A stretch of DNA of 64,000 bases, from NCBI GenBank assembly GCA_964548075.1, contig CAZJQQ010000008.1:57237-121236 (forward strand), written 5' to 3'. Every line of letters starts with the position of its first letter. Position 1 is the first letter of the stretch. This DNA comes from an uncultured Clostridia bacterium (GTDB taxonomy: Bacteria; Acidobacteriota; Blastocatellia; UBA7656). The notes beneath the pieces are model-generated. The model searched no databases, was not told the origin of the DNA, and worked only from the letters and a program-made list of their open reading frames with translations. This document shows, one piece after another, positions 27,893-37,523 of the stretch. Position numbers and translations under genes: made by a program.

Positions 27893-28878
27893 AAGTCTCG
27901 GCCAACGGTGATATCTCGTGGATCAAACGGGCCGTTGCGTTCCGGAGAGGTCGGTCCGAAGAGCCCGACGATCGGAGTGCCGCCTGCGGCGGCCAGATGA
28001 AGCGGTCCCGTGTCGCCGCCAACGAACAACGTGGCGCGGCGCGCGAGCGCCAGGAACTGTTTTAGCGTCGAAGCAAGCAGGCGGACCGCCCCTGACTGCG
28101 AGTTCGAAGCAACGTTTCGCGCAAGGGCCTCCTCTCCGGGCCCGTACGTTACGAACGACGAAAGCCCACACTCGGTCCATATCCAATCGGCGAGCTCCGC
28201 GTAACGCTCTGAAGGCCAGAGCTTGGTCTGCCACCCGCCACCGGGATTGATGATCGCGAACGGGCCGCCCTGGTTCTCGATCGCTGTTTGGACGATGCGT
28301 TCATCGTCGGGCGAGACGGTGATCGGGAACTCGTAATTGCTGTTCGAGACTCTATTCGCAGCAGCCGATCTAGCGGCTGAACGGTCGATCGCGGCTCGCG
28401 CGAGTGCGAGATTCTTTTCAATGACGTGATTGAACGCTGACGTTTCCACTTGCTCGGTCAGCAACAGCTTGCTGGCCTTCTCCCTCAGATCGCCCGTCTC
28501 GAATCCTATTCGCGCATTCGCGCGCGACGCGAAGGCGATCAGACCGGACTTGATCAATCCCTGAAAGTCTATCGCGATGTCAGCGTTCCCTGCGCCGTTC
28601 AATTTAGGCGATTTGCGCAGTTGATTGAGTTGAGCCCGCATGTCGCCGATTGTTGAACCGGTCGGAAACTCTTTCCGCCACGCTCTGGTGTCGATCTCGA
28701 TCAGCTCATCAATGGCAGGTGAGTCTTTGAGTATCGCGCTCGCGCGGCGCTCGGCTACCCATGTGATGCTCGCGCCAGGCAGTGCCTGCCTCAGTAGCGC
28801 TGCCGCAGGCAGCGTGTGCACGACGTCACCGATTGAGCTGAGTTTGACGATGAGAATCCGCATAAGGCCGTAGCGCAA
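27766..28878 (-). CDS. Glycosyltransferase family 9 (ADP-heptose:LPS heptosyltransferase-like)
   Basis: Has the N-terminus MRILIVKLSSIGDVVHTLPA and the C-terminal GGDTGPLHLAAAGGTPIVGLFGPT, both typical of GT9. Confidence 0.8.
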   Translation of the reverse strand: MRYGLMRILIVKLSSIGDVVHTLPAAALLRQALPGASITWVAERRASAILKDSPAIDELIEIDTRAWRKEFPTGSTIGDMRAQLNQLRKSPKLNGAGNADIAIDFQGLIKSGLIAFASRANARIGFETGDLREKASKLLLTEQVETSAFNHVIEKNLALARAAIDRSAARSAAANRVSNSNYEFPITVSPDDERIVQTAIENQGGPFAIINPGGGWQTKLWPSERYAELADWIWTECGLSSFVTYGPGEEALARNVASNSQSGAVRLLASTLKQFLALARRATLFVGGDTGPLHLAAAGGTPIVGLFGPTSPERNGPFDPRDITVGRDLWCRAECHRRSCWHWECMDIPMNDVKRAVLKRLANTKEDKAD

Positions 28879-29037
28879 ACTGCAAGCTTGCGAAATCGCG
28901 GACGCAAGCTGGCAGCTTGCGCCACACGCGCGGGGATTCGCAAGCCCGCATTATAGCATCCGGCCCCTTAACGCGGCGGGCTCAGAAATGCCAGTTCTTT
29001 GATCAGCTTGACCAGCACGTGCTAGAATCGGCCGAAG

Positions 29038-29117
29038 TAGCATAGACTTTAGTCGGTGTCAGGTAACTCGGCGGCAAGAAAGTTCACCAGACACAGACTA
29101 AAGTCTATGCTACCTCC
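29038..29117. repeat. REP-like palindromic element, best-preserved copy (AGCATAGACTTTAGTCGGTGTC ... GACACAGACTAAAGTCTATGCT)
   Basis: Perfect ~22-bp inverted arms around a ~34-nt loop, immediately upstream of dxr. Same family as the copies at 26245, 51436 and 52867. Confidence 0.7.
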
Positions 29118-29125
29118 AGGACCCA

Positions 29126-30322
29126 ATGAAAAGCGTCAGCATACTTGGATCAACCGGCTCGATAGGCCTCAGCACACTTTCCGTTATTGATTCACACCCA
29201 AATAAGTTCGTGATTGCCGGCCTTTCCGCTGGCCGCGACCTCGAAGGACTCGCGCGACAAGTTGCACGGTACGGGCCGCGCCTCGTCTCAGTAGCGGATG
29301 AGCGGGACATTCCAGCGTTGAAAGAGAATCTGCGAGCCTTGGGGATCGAAAAGTTTCCGGAAATCGCTTTCGGGGGCGAAGGACTCATAGCAGTGGCTTG
29401 CCTGGACGGGGTCGACACGGTTGTCTCAGCTACGGTTGGCGCGGTTGGGTTTTTACCAACCTACAAGGCTCTGGCGATGGGGCGCCGGGTCTGCCTGGCT
29501 AACAAAGAGACGCTGGTGATGGCAGGCGAGCTTATGACGCGGGCAGCCATCAAGTCAGGCGCCGAGCTGCTGCCGGTCGACAGTGAGCACAACGCGCTCC
29601 ACCAATGCATGCGGGGCGAGCAAGTGCGCGAGGTCAAGCGGCTAATATTGACGGCGTCCGGCGGGCCGTTTCGCACTACGCCCGTAGATCGAATGCGCGA
29701 GGCGACCGTCGAAGAAGCGCTGGCCCATCCGACGTGGCAAATGGGCTCGAAGATCACGATTGATTCCGCGACCTTGATGAACAAGGGTCTGGAAGTCATC
29801 GAGGCCGGCTGGCTGTTTGGCTTCGCCGCTGACCGCATCTCTGTGGCCGTACATCCGCAGTCGATCGTTCACTCGATGATCGAGATGGTGGACGGCTCGA
29901 TCATCGCCCAGTTGGGTGTGACCGACATGCGCTTGATGATCCAGTATGCGCTAACCTATCCGGACAGGCTTCCGACTGAGCTCCCGTCGCTCGGATTTGA
30001 TAAGCTCGCGCGCCTCGAGTTCTTCGAGCCGGATCTGCAACGATTCCCGTGTTTGCGGCTTGCCTACGAAGCGATGCGAGAAGGCGGAACGATGCCGGCG
30101 GCCTTGAGCGCCGCTAACGAGATCGCAGTCGCGTCGTTTCTCAATCGACGAACAAAGTTCATGGACATTCCTCGCGTGATCGAAGCGACGATGGAAGCGC
30201 ACAACACTCAACCTTGCTCCAGCATCGAAGCCGTTCTGGAAGCCGATCGATGGGCGAGATCACATGCCGAACGGTTGACCGTAACCGCTGATGGGAAGAA
30301 GGCAGAAGGTGGAACTCGGTGA
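29126..30322 (+). CDS. dxr: 1-deoxy-D-xylulose 5-phosphate reductoisomerase
   Basis: Has the ILGSTGSIG NADPH-binding N-terminus, LANKE, and the conserved GGPF and HP(T/N)W(Q)MG motifs. Confidence 0.9.
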   Translation: MKSVSILGSTGSIGLSTLSVIDSHPNKFVIAGLSAGRDLEGLARQVARYGPRLVSVADERDIPALKENLRALGIEKFPEIAFGGEGLIAVACLDGVDTVVSATVGAVGFLPTYKALAMGRRVCLANKETLVMAGELMTRAAIKSGAELLPVDSEHNALHQCMRGEQVREVKRLILTASGGPFRTTPVDRMREATVEEALAHPTWQMGSKITIDSATLMNKGLEVIEAGWLFGFAADRISVAVHPQSIVHSMIEMVDGSIIAQLGVTDMRLMIQYALTYPDRLPTELPSLGFDKLARLEFFEPDLQRFPCLRLAYEAMREGGTMPAALSAANEIAVASFLNRRTKFMDIPRVIEATMEAHNTQPCSSIEAVLEADRWARSHAERLTVTADGKKAEGGTR

Positions 30323-30461
30323 GCAAAAGGCATCGCTGCCTACTGCCCACTGTAGACACCCTGCGTTCGCTACGATAAACTTGAACGAGGTTGCGGTTCG
30401 ATGACCGCATACGAGTTGATATTGGTCGCCAGCGAGAATCAAGCTGTTAGAAGGAGATAGT

Positions 30462-31847
30462 TTGGCAACCCTGATCTACAACATTTTGCCTTTCGTTCTC
30501 GTGCTCGGTGCTATGGTAGTGATCCACGAGTTCGGTCATTTCATTGTCGCGAAGTTTTTCGGTATTAGAGTCGACGTATTCAGCGTTGGATTTGGCAAGC
30601 GCCTGTGGGGTTTCAAAAAGGGCGACACCGACTATCGCCTCAGCCTCATACCGTTGGGCGGCTATGTAAAAATGGCAGGCGAGAACCTCGATGAACAGCG
30701 AACCGGCGCGCCCGACGAGTTTATGTCAAAGCCTAAGTGGCAACGGCTCTGCGTCGCGGTCGCGGGCCCGGTGATGAATATTTTGACGGCGCTCGCCATT
30801 CCAGCCGTGATGGCGATGATGCACCACGACGTGCCCGCTTATCTCGACAGGCCCGCTCTGGTAAGAGCCATCGAGCCCAACTCTCCGGCAGAGCAAGCCG
30901 GGCTCCAACCGGGTGACTTGATCGTCAAGGCCGATGGACGAACCGACCCTAAGTGGCGGGACTTTGAAGACACCATCGCGGTGAATCCGGATCAAGACCT
31001 GCCGCTCACCGTCAACCGCGACGGCGAGACCAGACAGATCACGTTGCACCTGGGCTCACGCGCCTTCGATCAAGAGAAGATTGGGTACTCCGGGCTCAAA
31101 GCGGACGATGAACGCATAACTGTGAGAGATGTGACGCCCGGCGAGCCTGCAGGCGCTGCGGGTCTGAAACCGGGCGATAACATAATCGCGGTCAACGGCA
31201 CACGGGTCGAGCAGAGCGAGTACGGCCAGATGGAAATCATCGGGGTGATCCGCAAGAGCGCCGACAAACCTTTGACTCTCACGGTCAGGCGCGACGAGGG
31301 GACTGCCGACATCCAAGCGACTCCGCGAATGAACGAAGGCGAGTTGCGATTGGGCTTCACTCAAACGATAACCGGCCGCGAGATGGTGAATCAGCGATTG
31401 TCGCTTTTGGCAGCCATACGATACTCGGTGGATGAGAACATCCGGATTCTTCAACTCACCAAGACCGTGCTTGCTCAAGTGTTCGTAGGCAAGCGCTCGG
31501 CGCGCGATACGTTGACCGGGCCGGTCGGCATCGCTCAGATCGTCGGACAAGCGGCGCAGGAGGGTCCGGCGCAGGTCATCAGACTGACGGGGATGCTCTC
31601 GCTTAACCTGGGCATCTTCAATCTGCTGCCCATACCGGTACTCGACGGCGGGCTGATTTTCATGATTCTGCTCGAATCGTTCCTCGGCTTTTTCGGTTTG
31701 CCGCTGAGTCTGCGAATCAAAGAGCGCATGATGCAAGTCGGACTGGTGATGTTGATGCTGCTAATGGGCTTTGTGATCTTCAACGATATCTCGAAGCGCT
31801 GGCTTCGCAGCTCGCCGCCGCAGATAGAGCAGCCCGCAAACAGATAG
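30462..31847 (+). CDS. rseP: RIP metalloprotease RseP (site-2 protease) with PDZ domains
   Basis: Has HEFGHF (HExxH) in the first TM helix, two PDZ-like regions and the C-terminal LNLGIFNLLPIPVLDGG motif. Position after dxr is conserved. Confidence 0.85.
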   Translation: MATLIYNILPFVLVLGAMVVIHEFGHFIVAKFFGIRVDVFSVGFGKRLWGFKKGDTDYRLSLIPLGGYVKMAGENLDEQRTGAPDEFMSKPKWQRLCVAVAGPVMNILTALAIPAVMAMMHHDVPAYLDRPALVRAIEPNSPAEQAGLQPGDLIVKADGRTDPKWRDFEDTIAVNPDQDLPLTVNRDGETRQITLHLGSRAFDQEKIGYSGLKADDERITVRDVTPGEPAGAAGLKPGDNIIAVNGTRVEQSEYGQMEIIGVIRKSADKPLTLTVRRDEGTADIQATPRMNEGELRLGFTQTITGREMVNQRLSLLAAIRYSVDENIRILQLTKTVLAQVFVGKRSARDTLTGPVGIAQIVGQAAQEGPAQVIRLTGMLSLNLGIFNLLPIPVLDGGLIFMILLESFLGFFGLPLSLRIKERMMQVGLVMLMLLMGFVIFNDISKRWLRSSPPQIEQPANR

Positions 31848-31972
31848 GCGCCTCATATAGTGGGCGCACTCAACGAATAGGTGCTTGCCAACCGGTACTT
31901 GAGCTATAGTATTCAAAGGCACGCGTAGGCAGTCAACAAGCAGCCAGTCTATCGGCGGATATTCTTTCGATT

Positions 31973-33508
31973 ATGCGAAAGCTTCGAATCGGAGTCATCG
32001 ACCTCGTTTCAAAAGGGCCTACTCGGGCAATGTTCGCGCGCGTGATGAACGCCAATTTCGCCGCGATCATGCCCCAGGTCATCGCGGTGTGGTGTGAGCA
32101 ACAAGGGCACGATGTCACGCTCGTGTGCTATACCGGTTTTGAGGATCTGGTGGAGGAGTTGCCGGACAATGTCGACCTTGTCTTTATCGGCGCGTTCACC
32201 GAGGCAGCGCAACTGGCGTACGCGCTCAGCAACCTCTTTCGATCGAGAGGCGCTATAACCGCCATCGGCGGCCCGCATGCACGCTGCTACCCGCAAGATG
32301 CAGTGAAGTACTTCGACTACGTGCTTGGATTCACCGACAAACAAGTGGTCTGTGACCTTTTGGAGGACTGCTCACAACATCGGCCGACGGGCCGACACAT
32401 GGCAGCCCGGCAACAGCCTGCAGCGCTTCCCGGCGTGCGCGAGCGATGGAAGTTCATCGAGCCCACCCTCAAGAAGGCGCCGTTCATAAAGATGGTTCCG
32501 ATGATCGGCAGCCTCGGGTGTCCGTACACCTGCAGCTTCTGTATCGATTCGGTCATCCCGTATCAGCCGCTGGACACCGACGTGATCAAGGAGGATTTGC
32601 GATTCCTTCTGCAGAAGTTCAAGCGGCCGCTTGTTGGCTGGCACGATCCGAACTTCGGCGTCCGGTTCAACGACATCATGGATGCGATCGAAGAAGCGGT
32701 GCCGCGCGACACCATCGACTTCATCGCCGAAAGTAGTCTGTCACTGCTGTCTGAGTCTCACTTGAAGCGTCTCAAGCAAAATGGATTCAAAGCGCTTCTG
32801 CCCGGCATCGAATCCTGGTACGACCTTGGCGACAAATCAAAGACCGGCAAGGCGAAGGGGATGGAAAAAGTCAGGCAGGTCGCCGATCACGTCAACATGA
32901 TCCTGAGGTACATGCCTTATATACAAACCAACTTTGTTCTGGGACTCGACGTGGACGAGGGAGCAGAACCATTCGAGCTGACAAAACGATTTGTGGATCT
33001 TTCGCCTGGAGCATTCCCCGGTTACTCGTTGCTGTCGGCTTTTGGACAGGCTGCGCCGCTCAACCTGGAGTACCAGCGCGCGAACCGGGTCCTGCCGTTT
33101 CCATTTCAGTTCCTGAACAACAACCAGGCGATGAACGTGAAGCCGAAGAACTACTCCTGGCCCGAGTTCTACGGTCACGTGATCGACCTGGTCAAGTACA
33201 CGTATTCGTGGTCTGCGATTCTCAAGCGAGTCAAATCGAACAAAAGCATGATCCCTCGTTGGATGAACGTAGTGAGAGCCGTATCGTCGGAAGGATTTGG
33301 CAGGATCAAGTACCACGGTGAAGTGCGACGCCGTCTCGACAACGACCGGCCGTTCCGGCGTTACTTCGAGCAGGAGACGACGGAGCTTCCACAGTTTTAT
33401 GTGGACCTAGCGCGAAGGGATCTAGGGCCGCTGTGGGAGTGGCTGCCTGAGGGTGCGATGGATCACGATCCCAACGCCTACCTCAAGTCAGCGATGGCGG
33501 CTCAGTAG
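31973..33508 (+). CDS. B12-binding-domain radical SAM protein
   Basis: N-terminal B12-binding-like Rossmann segment, then GCPYTCSFC (CxxxCxxC) radical-SAM cluster motif. 511 aa. Confidence 0.7.
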   Translation: MRKLRIGVIDLVSKGPTRAMFARVMNANFAAIMPQVIAVWCEQQGHDVTLVCYTGFEDLVEELPDNVDLVFIGAFTEAAQLAYALSNLFRSRGAITAIGGPHARCYPQDAVKYFDYVLGFTDKQVVCDLLEDCSQHRPTGRHMAARQQPAALPGVRERWKFIEPTLKKAPFIKMVPMIGSLGCPYTCSFCIDSVIPYQPLDTDVIKEDLRFLLQKFKRPLVGWHDPNFGVRFNDIMDAIEEAVPRDTIDFIAESSLSLLSESHLKRLKQNGFKALLPGIESWYDLGDKSKTGKAKGMEKVRQVADHVNMILRYMPYIQTNFVLGLDVDEGAEPFELTKRFVDLSPGAFPGYSLLSAFGQAAPLNLEYQRANRVLPFPFQFLNNNQAMNVKPKNYSWPEFYGHVIDLVKYTYSWSAILKRVKSNKSMIPRWMNVVRAVSSEGFGRIKYHGEVRRRLDNDRPFRRYFEQETTELPQFYVDLARRDLGPLWEWLPEGAMDHDPNAYLKSAMAAQ

Positions 33509-33956
33509 ATTTATTACACTTTTCTTTTGCTCTTGCCCGTAATGCCTAACGCACGCAGAAGGGCGCTTTAGGAAGGAAGCAGAGGCGGCATCATCGACAC
33601 AGCGGTGGCTATTGCAGCCGGTTATGTTTGACAAAGGACTCGCTAATCTATAGAGTGCTCCCGAACCGAGCATAGCTCACTCTCTTCTTCAGCTTCTCTG
33701 GAATCATCCAGTCCATCTGAATCCAAACGGCTTAATTACAAAAGAGCTTTGATGTTTACACAGCTGCTCTCCAGCGACTAACGGAGACGCGCTCGGGTCG
33801 AAAGTGGCCCGGACGGTCAAACCGCTTGATGAGCAGACAATCGTTCACTCGTTAGAGGCCTCGCCCGAAAATTCGGGACGCCGGCAGTATCCGCCCGCAA
33901 CCGTTCCTGCGAACCGCTCGGCCCGCTTCCAACCTTAACCAAAAAAGGAAATTACT

Positions 33957-34250
33957 ATGTCAGCAAAATTGTTTGTGGGTAATCTCTCGTATGAGACTAC
34001 CAGCGATGAGATTCGAGACCTCTTCAGCGAGGTCGGCGCGGTGGAATCGTGCCAGGTGATAACAGACCGGGATACGGGTCGCTCGAAGGGCTTCGGCTTC
34101 GTCGAGATGTCGAAAACGGATGCTACCACAGCCAAAGCCAAGTTCGACGGGCAGGACCTTCACGGGCGCGCTCTCAAAGTCGATGAGGCGAAACCGAAGA
34201 CCGACAGCCGCAGCAATGGCGGCGGCGGCTACGGCGGCTCTCGGTACTAG
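33957..34250 (+). CDS. RRM-type glycine-rich RNA-binding protein
   Basis: Has RNP2 KLFVGNLSY and RNP1 KGFGFVEM, plus a GGGYGGSRY tail. A strong hairpin (AAGAAGAGAGCG...CGCTCTCTTCTT) lies downstream at about 34305-34335. Confidence 0.85.
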   Translation: MSAKLFVGNLSYETTSDEIRDLFSEVGAVESCQVITDRDTGRSKGFGFVEMSKTDATTAKAKFDGQDLHGRALKVDEAKPKTDSRSNGGGGYGGSRY

Positions 34251-34304
34251 CTTGTGCTGCGAACGGTCCGAGATTCTCTCGGTACGTTGATCGGCAAGAA
34301 CTTG

Positions 34305-34335
34305 CTAAGAAGAGAGCGTGGCCCGCTCTCTTCTT
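34305..34335 (+). terminator. Putative intrinsic terminator of the RRM gene
   Basis: 12-bp perfect stem AAGAAGAGAGCG / CGCTCTCTTCTT with a 5-nt loop. The trailing U-tract is weak. Confidence 0.4.
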
Positions 34336-34778
34336 AGCCTTAATCAAGGGCGGCCGCGAATGATTCGGATTTGACGGACAACTCGCCGCCGCAGAAGGGC
34401 AGTCATGAAGGTGCGTTTGATCAAGCCGGATGCTTCGATCCACAGGGAGAAAGCTAAACGGCAGCCAGTTGAAGTCCCAATCGTCGAGACCATCCGGTCG
34501 TGGGTCCGCGAGTTTCAATCGAGCAAAGCTAATCGCGCCCGTTTGGACTTCGAGGGAATAAGCAACCAGGGGAAGACCTAGCTGCGCAACCTCTGCTGTG
34601 GCCCACCTCGGGCGGAACGCTATACCCGCGAATCCGCCAAGCTCTAACGAAGACGTTAGGAACTTTTCCGGCCAGGTAGCGCGAGTAACCTCCCGCAAAG
34701 CCAAGATGAATCAAGGAATCTGACGGGCGGAGCTGACGGATTATCATACCGGCCACTCATTGTATTAAGCTGCGGGCT

Positions 34779-35525
34779 ATGGAAAGTACCAAGGATCTAT
34801 ATCTTGACATAATGAAGAAATGTCTGATTGGTTCAATCTACGGGGACGTAGAGGAAAAACCGAATTTGCAGCTTGAGCCATTCGATGAAGCAAAGCGTTT
34901 GGAAGGGCGAGACTGGCCCACCTACGCGCACACCATGATTGGAATGAAACGCTTGGATAATCTCCAATTCTGTGTAGAGGATGTTTTGGCTAAAGCTGTT
35001 TCTGGTGATCTGATAGAGACCGGTGTTTGGCGTGGCGGAGCAACCATCTTCATGAGAGCTATTCTTAAGGCATATGCCGTAAAAGATCGACTCGTGTGGG
35101 TTGCAGACTCTTTTGAAGGCTTGCCGGTTCCGAATCCTGAAAAGTATCCAGCCGATACTGGTGATCGCCATCATGAATTCAGAGAGCTTGCGGTGCCGCT
35201 TGATCGGGTGAAATCAAACTTCGCCAAGTATGGCCTTCTTGATAATCAGGTGCGATTCTTGAAAGGATGGTTCCGCGATACTTTGCCGAATGCAGCGGTC
35301 GATAAGCTGGCCGTTCTGCGTATGGACGGAGACATGTATGAATCAACAATGGACGCGCTGACACATCTATACCCAAAGCTCTCGAAAGGTGGCTACGTGA
35401 TCCTAGATGACTACGGGGCAATTCCGAATTGTCGTCAGGCGGTGAACGACTTTCGAGAAGCGCAGGGCATAACTGACGAGATAAAGGCGGTTGACTGGAC
35501 CGGGATCTACTGGCAGCGGTCTTAG
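34779..35525 (+). CDS. TylF/MycF-family (macrocin-O-methyltransferase-like) class I SAM-dependent O-methyltransferase
   Basis: Has GDLIETGVWRGG (SAM-binding motif I), VWVADSFEGLP and the D...MY metal/substrate region typical of TylF-like enzymes. Confidence 0.75.
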   Translation: MESTKDLYLDIMKKCLIGSIYGDVEEKPNLQLEPFDEAKRLEGRDWPTYAHTMIGMKRLDNLQFCVEDVLAKAVSGDLIETGVWRGGATIFMRAILKAYAVKDRLVWVADSFEGLPVPNPEKYPADTGDRHHEFRELAVPLDRVKSNFAKYGLLDNQVRFLKGWFRDTLPNAAVDKLAVLRMDGDMYESTMDALTHLYPKLSKGGYVILDDYGAIPNCRQAVNDFREAQGITDEIKAVDWTGIYWQRS

Positions 35526-35598
35526 CTGGGTCTTATGGCTGATATCCAAGCCGTTTGATCCAACGCTTCGATCGTCTAAACGACGATAGAGTCCCAAA

Positions 35599-37158
35599 TC
35601 AAACGGCCAGATCAGGATCGACTACCTGAGTTGTTGCCTCGGGCATTTCTCGACGCTGGCTCGATCTGACTAGCCCCTCTTTCACAAGCTTAAATATCGT
35701 GCGCCGATTCTGAAAAATGATCTTCAGCCATGCCCTCTTGCCCAACTGCGGAAAGTAAATTCCGCGAAAGCACAGACGCGCAATCAGGATGTTGATTCGA
35801 TACCCGAGCCCCTTGTCGCGAATCGATTCCACGGCGTGGGCGATGGCTTCGGGGCTGTATGAACTGCTCCACGCGTGATTAACCTCGGCGTGAGTCTGGT
35901 CTATGCTCATCTTCAGCGGCGTGTGAGCCATCATGAATGGCTGGAAGTCGAGCCAGTGCTGCGGCCGAGTGAGCCGCCCAGCAACTTCCAGCCGCTTATA
36001 AAGCGGCGTTGAGGGGAACGGTATCAGCGTGCCAAAAACAGGAAGTCCGGGGGGCCAACTGCGAATCTGCTCGAGCGTTCGATCCGCCGCGCCCGGCGTG
36101 TCGTTGTCCAGTCCGAAGATGAACGATGTGATTGCGTGGATGTTGCGCTGCGAGAGTCTTTCCAGCACGCCTTTGTATTCATCGGGTTTATTGAAGCTCT
36201 TGTTCGCAATCGCGAGGTTGGTGGTGTCCACCGACTCCATGCCAATGAATATCCACCTCCCGCCTGAAGCCGCTATAAGATCGACGAGTTCTTCGTCGCG
36301 CAGCAGATTGGCGCTGATCTGCGCGATCCAAATCATCTGAGCGCCGGCGGCGATGATATCCCGCAACAGCGACTTCGTGCGTTTGAGGTTGATCGCGAAA
36401 TTGTCGTCGATGAAGAACACCGCGATCTGACCTCCCTCTTTACGAGCGCGGGCCTTCAGCCGCAGCAGCTCGCTGACAACGCTTTCGTTTGTGCGGAACC
36501 TTATCGAGTCGCCGAAGAAGCCGGTCACGGTGCAGAACTCGCAACCGTATGGGCACCCCCGCCCGGATTCAACGGGAATAAGTCGAAAGGTCCCCCACCC
36601 ACCCAACACGCGGCTCAGCATCGGCGCAGCGAATTTAGGAACCAGGTTGAACTGATCCAGATTCATCGACTCCCAGGGAATCGTGGGATAAGACTGGAGA
36701 CTGGGCTTGCGCTCCTTGCCCGCCTCGTCAAGCGGCGCATAGATCTCTTTGAGTTGGCCGCTCGCGGCATCCTCGACTATCTGCGACCATGTTTCGTCAG
36801 CTTCGCCGAGAGCAACGGCGTCAGCGTGGCGTGGCCCGCCGTTTCGCCCGAGCGCTTCGTCCGGTACTTCGGTCACATGAGGTCCACCCATCACGACAGG
36901 CACGCCTGTGGCGCGAATAGCATCGGCCATTCTGTAGGCTTTCTGTATCATTCTGGTCATCGCGCCAATGCCGACCAGACCGATCTTATTCTCGAGAACG
37001 AACCGCGCGATTTCGTTTTCATCCATTCGCTGGGCGTTGCCATCGATCAGGAATACTTGATGTTCTGGCGGGGTCAGCGCTTCGAGGAGGAACATCCAAA
37101 GATGCGGCATGAAATTGCGGGTTACACCATTATCAGGATTGAAGAGCAGGATTCTCAT
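35599..37158 (-). CDS. B12-binding-domain radical SAM protein, second copy
   Basis: Has MRILLFNP... and a B12-like N-terminal domain, then GRGCPYGCEFC (CxxxCxxC). 519 aa. Confidence 0.7.
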   Translation of the reverse strand: MRILLFNPDNGVTRNFMPHLWMFLLEALTPPEHQVFLIDGNAQRMDENEIARFVLENKIGLVGIGAMTRMIQKAYRMADAIRATGVPVVMGGPHVTEVPDEALGRNGGPRHADAVALGEADETWSQIVEDAASGQLKEIYAPLDEAGKERKPSLQSYPTIPWESMNLDQFNLVPKFAAPMLSRVLGGWGTFRLIPVESGRGCPYGCEFCTVTGFFGDSIRFRTNESVVSELLRLKARARKEGGQIAVFFIDDNFAINLKRTKSLLRDIIAAGAQMIWIAQISANLLRDEELVDLIAASGGRWIFIGMESVDTTNLAIANKSFNKPDEYKGVLERLSQRNIHAITSFIFGLDNDTPGAADRTLEQIRSWPPGLPVFGTLIPFPSTPLYKRLEVAGRLTRPQHWLDFQPFMMAHTPLKMSIDQTHAEVNHAWSSSYSPEAIAHAVESIRDKGLGYRINILIARLCFRGIYFPQLGKRAWLKIIFQNRRTIFKLVKEGLVRSSQRREMPEATTQVVDPDLAV

Positions 37159-37523
37159 AGCGTCCTTTAGTCCTTAAGCGTTCGGAATGAAAGTCATGTG
37201 CCCGTGGAACATTGTTCACGGACGAAGGCGCCTTTGTCGAAAGGCTCGGAGTTATCTCATCCCGAGCAGTAATAGCCGGCTTTTTTCTATCCGCCTGATC
37301 GCAGTCGCCGGATATGCGAAGGAGAGCCTGAGAAAGTGAACGGCGCGTGAGGAAGAAGTCGTAGCCTGGATCGGGGCTCACGGGCCTTTGCTCAAACTCA
37401 AGTGTTCCTATCGAGCCACGCCGGATACTATCACAGTTGGAGGAATGTACACAGGCGAAACCGAACTTAAGTCTCAAGCCGCTAAGTCCCGTCTAATTGC
37501 GATGGGAAGTAGCCGAGTCGAGA

